Source: an uncultured bacterium (GTDB lineage: Bacteria > Acidobacteriota > Thermoanaerobaculia > Multivoradales > JAHZIX01). From it: a DNA stretch of 64,000 nt. A program made the translations under genes and the position numbers. How positions within the stretch are numbered: the stretch's first letter is position 1; each line of letters starts with the position of its first letter. The notes beneath the pieces are model-generated. The model saw nothing but the letters and a program-made list of their open reading frames with translations. It had not been told where the DNA came from and made no database searches. The stretch covers positions 288,001 to 352,000 of the forward strand of contig CBDUPA010000002.1 of the NCBI GenBank assembly GCA_965368975.1, in the 5' to 3' direction. Positions 47,476 through 55,749 of the stretch are shown here, in pieces.

Positions 47476-49499
47476 ATTGGTAGATCCTTACACGTTTCTA
47501 AGCGGTCGCCCGCTCGGGTAGATGTCAAGACCCCCTTTCAAACCGTGCTTGCGGATTTCCCGCACACGGCTTACGGATGGCCTCTCGGGTCGCGGCATTA
47601 CGCAGCCTCCGGGTAGCGGATCGTGCCCATGAGCTTGTAGAGCCCGAGGTTCCAGAAGGACTCACTCGTCCAGCGGCGCGCCTCGCCCAGCTTCAGGTGC
47701 CGCCCTTTGCGCGTAAGGCGCAAGCGGCGCAGTCGTCGCCAGACGTAGGTGTCGACTTGAACGAATTGCTTGGCGGCGTTTCCCGTGCGGAAGTACTGAC
47801 TCCACCCTCGAAGCACGGGGTTGAGACTCGCGATGACATCGCGCAGATCCGCGTGGCATCGTGACCTCGGAGTCAGCTCTTTGATGCGCTGCCGTATACG
47901 CTGCATCGAGCGCTGCGACGGCCAACGGTGGAGAAAGTAGAGCCGACGCCCCGTCTTCTCCCACAATCGACCGCTCAAACGCTTGTGCAGGTGGCAGCCG
48001 AGGAAGTCGAACCCCTCCTTGCCGTCGTAGAGATTCACTCGCCTCGTCTTCTCCGGGTGTAGCTCCAGACCAAGACGTTCCAGGATCACGCGGATCCGCG
48101 CCTCGGCCTGATCGCACTGGGACTTCGTGCGACAGATCACGACGAAGTCGTCTGCGTACCGCACCAGCGTCCCCAAGGGAGCGCTGTGGCGCGTCCACAG
48201 CGTGTCCAGCACATGCAGGTAGATGTTCGACAGCAAGGGTGAAATCACACCACCCTGCGGTGTACCGACCCGCGTCGGCGACACCTTGCCGTCCTCCATC
48301 ACACCAGCTTCGAGCCACTGCCGCAGCAGCTTCAGCATCCGCCGATCCGAGACGCGCCGTGCCACCAGAAGCAACAGCTTCCGGTGGTCGATGCTCCCGA
48401 AGTAGTCCCGGATGTCGGCATCGAGCACGTGATGATGCCCCTTGGCGCCGAGCTTCCTCAGCGTCTCCAGCGCATCCGTCGCACTCCGCTTTGGCCGGAA
48501 ACCATACGAGACGGGCAAGAAATCCGCCTCGAAGATCGCCTCCAACACCAGCTTTGCCGCCATCTGGACCACACGGTCTCGTACCGTCGGGATACCCAGC
48601 GGCCGCTTCCTTCCATCTGCCTTCGGGATGTACCGGCGCAGCACCACCTCAGGCCGATACTTCTTGGCTCGCAGCGAGGAACCGAGCTCTTCCAGGAAGC
48701 GCTCGGTACCGTACTGCTCCACGTCGCCTAGCGTCGCGGCATCGACGCCCGCGGCTCCGCGGTTGGCTCGTACCCGCTTCCACGCCTCCCACAGGATGTC
48801 ATCCCTGTGGATGTGGTTGTACAGGGCGTGGAAACGCCTACCCGGCGACCGCTTGGCCGCCGCCCACAGTCGACGTTGGAGGTGGCGCACTTTCACGCTC
48901 GGCCTACGGCCGACGGGGTCGATAGGTCCGGTCTTGCCGGCCATTCCCTTGCACGTGCCTCCACCCTCGACATGACCAAACCAGGGACCCTTCCCTAAGG
49001 CGGCGTTCTTCTGCACCGCCTTCACCGGTACTACGATCCCCTCGGACTCCCGCTGCGCACGACCCGACTTCGCCTTCGGCCTATACGGGCACGCTGGCCG
49101 CGACAACGGCTGCACAGACGGGTCTCTCGTGTTCCGCGCGTCTCCTTGCACACGTGCTGCGCCCCATACCCCGCCGGCATCCGACGCAGGCTCCGGATCT
49201 GACCCCACGCCGGACATGGCCTTCGCCGTGACATGAGCGGCTCGGCTACCGAATTGTAAATCTGTCGAGGCTGCAGGCTTCACTTCATGTTGCGGCCCGT
49301 GTGCTTGCTCCCCGTCCAGCGGAAATTCTCCGCCTCCGGGCTTGTGACGCCCCGCTCGGGCAAAGGGGTCTCCCCCAAATACCTGGGGCCGGCTACTCGG
49401 CGCTCCGGCGCTTACCGAGGTGGGACTTTCACCCACTGGACACGCGCAGCGCACAGATCTCTCCCCGGAAACCAGAGTTCGATCTGTTTCACGACGCAC
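47476..49499 (-). mobile_element. Group II intron (full length)
   Basis: 5' end GTGCG at 49499. Domain V AAGCCGTGTGCGGGAAATCCGCAAGCACGGTTT at 47572-47540. Domain VI and 3' end ...CTACCAAT at 47476. Internal RT ORF present. Confidence 0.92.
47598..48944 (-). CDS. ltrA: Group II intron reverse transcriptase/maturase, no endonuclease domain
   Basis: RPLGIPTVRDR, SYGFRPKRS, GTPQGGVISPLLSNIYL, RYADD, FDFLG and maturase LNPVLRGW..YF motifs. The frame is open upstream to ATG 49502. Confidence 0.93.
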   Translation of the reverse strand: MAGKTGPIDPVGRRPSVKVRHLQRRLWAAAKRSPGRRFHALYNHIHRDDILWEAWKRVRANRGAAGVDAATLGDVEQYGTERFLEELGSSLRAKKYRPEVVLRRYIPKADGRKRPLGIPTVRDRVVQMAAKLVLEAIFEADFLPVSYGFRPKRSATDALETLRKLGAKGHHHVLDADIRDYFGSIDHRKLLLLVARRVSDRRMLKLLRQWLEAGVMEDGKVSPTRVGTPQGGVISPLLSNIYLHVLDTLWTRHSAPLGTLVRYADDFVVICRTKSQCDQAEARIRVILERLGLELHPEKTRRVNLYDGKEGFDFLGCHLHKRLSGRLWEKTGRRLYFLHRWPSQRSMQRIRQRIKELTPRSRCHADLRDVIASLNPVLRGWSQYFRTGNAAKQFVQVDTYVWRRLRRLRLTRKGRHLKLGEARRWTSESFWNLGLYKLMGTIRYPEAA

Positions 49500-49600
49500 C
49501 ATGGCCTCATTCTAGGTCCGACAACGCGTACTAGTATTGAGCCAGAAGATTCGCTAGCAAGAACATTCCCAGCGAGCCTCAGACTGATTGGGCCAATAGG

Positions 49601-49630
49601 TTGACAAGCAAAGTTGGCCGGAGCTACACT
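49601..49630 (+). promoter_or_regulatory. Possible sigma70 promoter for peptide B cassette
   Basis: TTGACA-18 nt-TACACT. Confidence 0.45.
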
Positions 49631-49749
49631 CTCATTCTTCTTTTCTCCTCCTTATTTCGGTCTAACTTCAATCTCAGAATCTGTGTTCTCCATGCAACAA
49701 AGACCGGAGAATCGCGTTTCTGTTATAGTATGAGTACCCGAAGGAGCCA

Positions 49750-50001
49750 TTGATGAAATTGCACAAGAGACTTTGGCGGGTTTCGGCTATTTGTGTTGCT
49801 CTGCTCGCATTTTCGGCAGGCGCAGTAGGCCAAGGACACTGTCCATCGCAAACAGCCTCTTCTGCTGCCAGGGACTTTGGCAGTACAAGCTGCACGGACA
49901 AGAGCAATCACCGGGGGGACTTGCACGAATCTCCTGACATCCTATCCGGAACGATCAATCCCATCTCCCTGACGTGCAGTGGCGCACCAACAAACTGCTG
50001 A
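49750..50001 (+). CDS. Small secreted peptide B (C-terminus GTINPISLTCSGAPTNC)
   Basis: AAGGAG RBS, Sec-type signal peptide, conserved C-terminal motif. Confidence 0.85.
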   Translation: MMKLHKRLWRVSAICVALLAFSAGAVGQGHCPSQTASSAARDFGSTSCTDKSNHRGDLHESPDILSGTINPISLTCSGAPTNC

Positions 50002-50104
50002 GTCCTTCCCCCCGACTGAGAACCAGGTAAAACGATCAATGAACATGCCAGAATCTGCTCTCTTGGCAGCCTACTCCTCTTGGGCTGACCGGTACTACAC
50101 TTTC

Positions 50105-51235
50105 ATGCGGTGGCTACTTGCCTTAGCGGTTCTGTTGTCCGCATTGGGCAACCCAGCATTCGCTCAGACAAGCGAGAGCTGCACGCAGTTTCGGTTGAGT
50201 GCTGCACCGGATTGGACAGCGTCCATCGCTTGGTCTCCAAACCATCGCGCTTTGATCTTCGCGGACCCGACGTCGGCGACGCTTCACGCATTCCGACCTT
50301 CGTATCTCTCCAAGAGCATGATTCTGGATCCCGGCCTGACACAGACACTCAACGAGAACCAGCCAGCTAGACGCCCGTCGACGTTGCATCGAATCAGTTC
50401 TGGATTCCTACTGGAGGATGCGGCAGATGGCTCTATCGTGCGCCTCTCTTCAAGCTGGGAAAGTGTGGATCGAGTTCGCGTTGCAGGGATGTACCATCGT
50501 ACCCAAGGCACGTTGGAAGCTCTCCACAACTGGAGGCCGTCACCCGACGGCTCGGAGATCTTCGCCTATGGCGACGTCAAGGCCCAGGACTCTTCAAAGT
50601 GGACAGCTGCGTTGGTACGTATCGACCTGAGCGAGGAGACCTTCGAGGTGATCCAAGAACAGGAGTTCTCTTCGCCACTTCGCTCTCTTTACCTAGCCGG
50701 CCTACCCTACATCGAAGCAAGGGGAACACCTGCAACCTTCGTTGGGCAGAACACCAATGGTGAGATCAGGTTGGTACGACATGCTGCTGGGACGAGGACT
50801 GTCCAGGAACCACCTGGGCAGCTCCGAAGGTTCCTAAACTTCCGGGATTTTGTGCACTACAACGGTCTGGCAAACTTCGTCGACTTCTTTGATTCCCTCG
50901 GAAGTCGCGAGTACCTAGCAGGCTTTCTCGAGGTAGATGGTGTAAGCCACCTGCTACTGAGAGCCCGCACCGACGCTGGTCGATATGTTTGGGCTGTCGC
51001 AGACGAACAAGATGGCGACAGACAGCAGATTAGCTTCGTGCAGCTCCCCGTCCAGTCACCACAGGTACTTATCACCTCGACAGAGGATTCAGTCATCCTA
51101 GTCGAGGCCACCGTCACAGATGTTGGTCGGAAAGAATTTGGCTCGGTATGGGAGATTCCAAACAATCTCCTGAATTCAGCTGTGGCCCTGGCGCAAGAGC
51201 ACCCTGGGAGGGTCCGGCTAGTCTGCCAGAACTGA
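50105..51235 (+). CDS. Secreted beta-rich (propeller-like) protein B, unknown function
   Basis: Signal peptide MRWLLALAVLLSALGNPAFA; WSPN and PSPDG blade-like motifs; paralogous to 44612-45886. Confidence 0.75.
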   Translation: MRWLLALAVLLSALGNPAFAQTSESCTQFRLSAAPDWTASIAWSPNHRALIFADPTSATLHAFRPSYLSKSMILDPGLTQTLNENQPARRPSTLHRISSGFLLEDAADGSIVRLSSSWESVDRVRVAGMYHRTQGTLEALHNWRPSPDGSEIFAYGDVKAQDSSKWTAALVRIDLSEETFEVIQEQEFSSPLRSLYLAGLPYIEARGTPATFVGQNTNGEIRLVRHAAGTRTVQEPPGQLRRFLNFRDFVHYNGLANFVDFFDSLGSREYLAGFLEVDGVSHLLLRARTDAGRYVWAVADEQDGDRQQISFVQLPVQSPQVLITSTEDSVILVEATVTDVGRKEFGSVWEIPNNLLNSAVALAQEHPGRVRLVCQN

Positions 51236-51256
51236 TCGACCCGAGAACGAGGCACA

Positions 51257-51294
51257 AAACGACCCTTAGCTCCTTGGGAGCTTGAGGGTCGTTT
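51257..51294 (+). terminator. Hairpin downstream of cassette B
   Basis: AAACGACCCTTAGCTCC-ttg-GGAGCTTGAGGGTCGTTT. Confidence 0.6.
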
Positions 51295-51464
51295 CCCGTT
51301 TTGGGGTCCCAACCGTCTCGGCTCACTTCAAGAACTTCGGCCACAACCCCTGGTGTAGGATGCCCGCAATGAGAGGCATCGATCCCGGCCCTCTCGAGCG
51401 GCAACCGAACTCTCGACCTCTCCGCTCCAACGCCCACCGACAACCAGACGCAAGGGAGGCACGC

Positions 51465-54400
51465 ATGACGCGTAGCACGTGGACCCTCGGACTCGTTCTC
51501 ATCCTGCTCGCCGCCCTCACGGCGGTACCGGCCGTCGCCTCGAAGACGCAACCGGCACCCGGCACCTCCGCCGGCCTCGACGCCGATCTGCTCGCCGGCA
51601 TGACGGCACGCGCCATTGGCCCGGCGGCGATGAGCGGTCGTATCGGCTCGATCGACGCGCTGGCGAATGACCCGAACGTGATCTACGTGGGCGCCGCCAC
51701 CGGCGGCTTGTGGCGCACGCGCAACGGCGGCGTCACCTGGGAGCCGATCTTCGACGATCAGCCGGTAGCAGCGATCGGAGCAGTGACGCTGGAGCAGGCG
51801 AATCCGGACGTGGTGTGGGTGGGCACCGGCGAGGGCAACACGCGCAACAGCGTGTCCGTGGGCAACGGCGTCTACAAGTCGCTCGACGGCGGCGACACCT
51901 GGACGCACCAAGGCCTCGACCAGACCGAGCGCATCCACCGCATCCGCCTGCATCCCGACAACGCGGACATCGCCTATGTGTGCGCCCTCGGCCAGCTGTG
52001 GGGCGAGAACGAGCAACGCGGCGTGTTCAAGACCACCAACGGCGGCACGACGTGGGCCAAGATCCTGTACGTCGACGAGCGCACCGGCTGCTCCGACCTG
52101 GAAGTGGACCCAGTGAACGGTGACAAGGTGATCGTGGGCATGTGGCAGCACCGCCGCTGGCCGTGGTCCTTCAAGTCAGGTGGCCCGGGCTCCGGGCTCT
52201 ACGTAACCCATGACGGCGGCGCGACCTGGACGCAGCGCACGCAGGACGACGGCCTACCGGAAGGGCACCTCGGCCGTATCGGCCTGGCGATTTCTCACTC
52301 GCAGCCGAACGTGGTCTACGCCATCGTCGAGGCCGAGAAGTCGGCTCTGCTGCGTTCCGACGACGGCGGCAAGACGTTCCGCGCCGTCAACACGAACAAC
52401 AACGTCATCTCGCGGCCCTTCTACTACGCCGACATCCGCGTCGACCCGAAGAACCCGAACCGTGTGTACAACCTGTGGTCGCTGCTTTCGGCCTCGGACG
52501 ATGGCGGCCGCACCTTCGACATCATCGGCTCCTGGAACACGATCCATCCCGACCACCACGAGCTGTGGATCCATCCGCACAACCCGCGCTTGCTGATCAA
52601 CGGCAACGACGGCGGCGTCACGATCTCGCAGGACCACGGCCGCACCTGGCGCTTCATCGGCAACCTGCCCTTGGCGCAGTTCTACCACGTGCGAGCTGAC
52701 AACCAGATCCCTTACAACGTCTACGGCGGCCTGCAGGACAACGGCTCCTGGGTCGGCCCCAACGAGGTGTGGGAGAACGGCGGCATCCGCAACCACCACT
52801 GGCAGGAAGTCAATTTCGGCGATGGCTTCGACACCGTGCCGGACCCGCAGATCCCCAACCAGGGCTACGCCATGGCGCAGACAGGCTACCTCGTGCGCTG
52901 GAACCTGGACACCGGCGAACAAAAAGAAATCCGACCAGCACCGCCGGCGGAGGACGAGAAGCTGCTGCGCTTCAATTGGAATGCCGGCATCGAATTCGAC
53001 CCGCACGACCCGACCGGCGCCACCGTCTACTACGGCAGCCAGTACATCCACAAGTCGACTGACCGCGGAGACACCTGGACGATCATCAGCCCGGACCTGA
53101 CCACCAACAACCCAGAGTGGCAGAAGCAGGCGGAGAGCGGCGGCCTGACGCTGGACGTGACCGGTGCCGAGAACTTCACCTCGATTCTGGCGATCGACCC
53201 CAGCCCGGTGCAGGAAGGCGTGATCTGGGCAGCCACCGACGACGGCCGCCTGCACGTGACGCAGGACGGCGGCGAGACCTGGACCAGCGTCGAGGGCAAC
53301 CTGCCGGGCGTACCGGCCAACACCTGGATCCCGCACGTCAACGCGTCGCCGCACGCCGCCGGCACCGCTTTCGTGGTGCTCGACGACCATCGGCGCTCCA
53401 ACTGGACCCCCTACGTGCTGCGCACCGACGACTTTGGCCAGACCTGGACGTCGCTGGTGAGCGACAACCTGTGGGGCTATGCCCTGGTGATCGAGCAGGA
53501 CCCGGTGGACCCGAACCTGCTGTTCCTGGGCACGGAGTTCGGCCTCTGGATCTCGACCGACGCCGGTAGCGGCTGGCTGCGCTTCGAGCACGGCGTGCCG
53601 ACGGTCAGCGTGATGGACCTGGCGATCCAGGAGACCGAGCACGACCTGGTGATCGGCACCCACGGTCGTGGCTTGTTCGTGCTGGACGACATCCGCCCCC
53701 TGCGCGGACTGGCCGCCGAGCACCAGGCGGGAGAGCTCCGCTTGTTCGAGATCCCCACCGCCTACCAGCACGAAGTCGCCCAGACTGGCTCCTCGCGCTT
53801 CCCGGGCAACATCGAGTTCCGCGGTGAGAACCCCCGCTACGGCGCGCTGCTCACCTTCTCCCTTCACGGCGACGACCTACCGCACCCGGACGAGGCGAAG
53901 GAACGCGAGCGCAAGGCCGCCGAACGCGCTGCCAAGCTGACCGAAGTCGAAGCCGGCGAGAGCACCGAACAAGAACCGGCACGGCGTCGCGGACGGCGCG
54001 CTGGCGCAGGTGGTCCAGGCCCAGGCGGCCCCCCGTGGGCGCGCGGCGACGACGGACCGCAGATCGACATCGAGGTCGCGGACGCCAGTGGTGAGGTCAT
54101 CCGCAGGTTCAAGGCACCCGCCCGCCAGGGTCTCAACCGGACCACCTGGAACCTGGCACGCGACGGCTTCCGTCGGCCAGCGGGGGACTTGCCCTTCTGG
54201 ATCACGGGAGCACCCACGGGACCGGCCGTACCGCCGGGCACCTACACGGTGACCGTGAAGTTCCGCGACCAGGAATCGAGCCAGACGGTCGAGGTGAAAG
54301 CCGATCCGCGCATCGATCCGCCCCAATCGCAAGCGACCTGGGAAGCCCACTACCAGGGCCTGCTCGACGTCGGGGCCCTACAGGAGGTCCTCACCGACGC

Positions 54401-54965
54401 TGTAGAGCGTATCGACGCGACCAAGACGAGCGTCGACAGCCTGCTGGCCCGCGCCGGTACCCTCAACAAGGAAGCTCTCGAGGCAGAAGAGGAGGAAGGC
54501 GGCGAGATAGAAGACGCTGCTTCCGAGACAGCTGACTCAGACACGGGCGACACCGAAGGCGAAGCGGGCAACACCAGCGGCACCGAGGTCGCGGCGACCG
54601 AAGAAGACGAGGCAGCCCGCGGTCCATACGGGGAACTGCTCAAGGCCGGCCGTGAGCTGAACGAGCAGCTCGACGGACTGCGCGAACGCCTGGTCGGTCC
54701 CGAAGAGAGCAAGGGCATCCAGGAGGACACCGACGCGCAAAGCTACCTGGGCGGTGTCCGCGGCTCGATGAGTTCCTCGTGGGATCCGCCGACGGCGGCA
54801 CAGCTGGCCTACCTGGAGCGCGTGCGCCAGCAACTGGCGGCAATCCTGGAAGACCTCAACCGCGTCCACGCCGAGGACGTCGCCGCCTTCCGGACCCAGG
54901 TGCGCGAGTCGCAACTCGACTGGCTGCCCGAGCAAGAACCTCTGACGCTGCCCGAGTCGGAGTAG
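51465..54965 (+). CDS. VPS10/BNR (Asp-box) repeat sortilin-like secreted protein
   Basis: RAIGPAAMSGRI, many S/TxDGGxTW boxes, GGLQDNGSW and GTHGRG motifs; signal peptide. Confidence 0.92.
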   Translation: MTRSTWTLGLVLILLAALTAVPAVASKTQPAPGTSAGLDADLLAGMTARAIGPAAMSGRIGSIDALANDPNVIYVGAATGGLWRTRNGGVTWEPIFDDQPVAAIGAVTLEQANPDVVWVGTGEGNTRNSVSVGNGVYKSLDGGDTWTHQGLDQTERIHRIRLHPDNADIAYVCALGQLWGENEQRGVFKTTNGGTTWAKILYVDERTGCSDLEVDPVNGDKVIVGMWQHRRWPWSFKSGGPGSGLYVTHDGGATWTQRTQDDGLPEGHLGRIGLAISHSQPNVVYAIVEAEKSALLRSDDGGKTFRAVNTNNNVISRPFYYADIRVDPKNPNRVYNLWSLLSASDDGGRTFDIIGSWNTIHPDHHELWIHPHNPRLLINGNDGGVTISQDHGRTWRFIGNLPLAQFYHVRADNQIPYNVYGGLQDNGSWVGPNEVWENGGIRNHHWQEVNFGDGFDTVPDPQIPNQGYAMAQTGYLVRWNLDTGEQKEIRPAPPAEDEKLLRFNWNAGIEFDPHDPTGATVYYGSQYIHKSTDRGDTWTIISPDLTTNNPEWQKQAESGGLTLDVTGAENFTSILAIDPSPVQEGVIWAATDDGRLHVTQDGGETWTSVEGNLPGVPANTWIPHVNASPHAAGTAFVVLDDHRRSNWTPYVLRTDDFGQTWTSLVSDNLWGYALVIEQDPVDPNLLFLGTEFGLWISTDAGSGWLRFEHGVPTVSVMDLAIQETEHDLVIGTHGRGLFVLDDIRPLRGLAAEHQAGELRLFEIPTAYQHEVAQTGSSRFPGNIEFRGENPRYGALLTFSLHGDDLPHPDEAKERERKAAERAAKLTEVEAGESTEQEPARRRGRRAGAGGPGPGGPPWARGDDGPQIDIEVADASGEVIRRFKAPARQGLNRTTWNLARDGFRRPAGDLPFWITGAPTGPAVPPGTYTVTVKFRDQESSQTVEVKADPRIDPPQSQATWEAHYQGLLDVGALQEVLTDAVERIDATKTSVDSLLARAGTLNKEALEAEEEEGGEIEDAASETADSDTGDTEGEAGNTSGTEVAATEEDEAARGPYGELLKAGRELNEQLDGLRERLVGPEESKGIQEDTDAQSYLGGVRGSMSSSWDPPTAAQLAYLERVRQQLAAILEDLNRVHAEDVAAFRTQVRESQLDWLPEQEPLTLPESE

Positions 54966-54978
54966 CCGGCGAACGACC

Positions 54979-55710
54979 GTGACACTGACCCACCGAGACG
55001 TCGCCGGCTACCCAGTCTGGCGCGACCGTCGCCTCGACGAGCGCGGCACCGTGGAGATCCTCTTCACGGGCCGCGGCTCCCACACCGCTGCCGAGGCTGC
55101 CAAAGAACCTCGGCAGCAAGTCCTCGCGGCCGTCGAGTCGACACCACCCGCGTTGGCGATGGCCAAGCAGATTCATTCGGACCTTGCACTACCAGCCCAG
55201 CCCGGGCACTGCGGCGAAGGCGACGCCCTGTTCACCACCGAGCCGGATCTGGCGCTGTCCGTGATCACCGCCGACTGTGTACCCGTGCTGCTGGCCGGCA
55301 AGCACTGGCTGGCCGCGGTGCACGCCGGCTGGCGTGGGCTGGCTTCGGGAGTGTTGGCGCGGACCCTCGAACACGCGACCGAAGACACCGCCGACCTCAC
55401 CGCCTGGATCGGCCCGGCGATCGGGCCGTGCTGCTACGAAGTGAGCCCCGAGGTGGCGGACGAAGTCGCACACACCAGCCGTGCCGGCGGAAGCGATAAC
55501 GAGCCCGTCGTGGTGCCGGGCAAAGCCGAGCGTCCGCACCTCGACCTGCACGCTGCTGCGCGCAACCAGCTGCGCGCCCTGGGACTCGATGCGGCGCGCG
55601 TCCACTCGGGGCCGGACTGTACGCGCTGCCGGGACGACGTGCTGTGGAGCTACCGGCGGGAAGGGAAGCGAGCGGGGCGCAACATGGCGTTCATCTGGCG
55701 CCGGTCTTGA
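54979..55710 (+). CDS. pgeF: YfiH/PgeF (laccase-domain) family protein
   Basis: QIHS, GDAL.T, TADCVPVLL, HAGWRG, IGPAIGPCCYEV, CT.C and SYRR motifs. Confidence 0.9.
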   Translation: MTLTHRDVAGYPVWRDRRLDERGTVEILFTGRGSHTAAEAAKEPRQQVLAAVESTPPALAMAKQIHSDLALPAQPGHCGEGDALFTTEPDLALSVITADCVPVLLAGKHWLAAVHAGWRGLASGVLARTLEHATEDTADLTAWIGPAIGPCCYEVSPEVADEVAHTSRAGGSDNEPVVVPGKAERPHLDLHAAARNQLRALGLDAARVHSGPDCTRCRDDVLWSYRREGKRAGRNMAFIWRRS

Positions 55711-55749
55711 GGACTCCTGCTGAGGTTTGGCTGCTAAACTTCGGCCTCA

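Noticed and set aside
47598-48944. Intron RT as the DGR's reverse transcriptase
   Set aside because: It has group II features (GTPQGG, YADD, maturase domain, flanking DV/DVI), not DGR RT features.
44353-50001. Peptides A/B as classical RiPP precursors
   Set aside because: No radical SAM, YcaO, lanthipeptide synthetase or peptidase-ABC transporter gene nearby. Conservation is in the C-terminal core rather than a leader, and export appears Sec-type.
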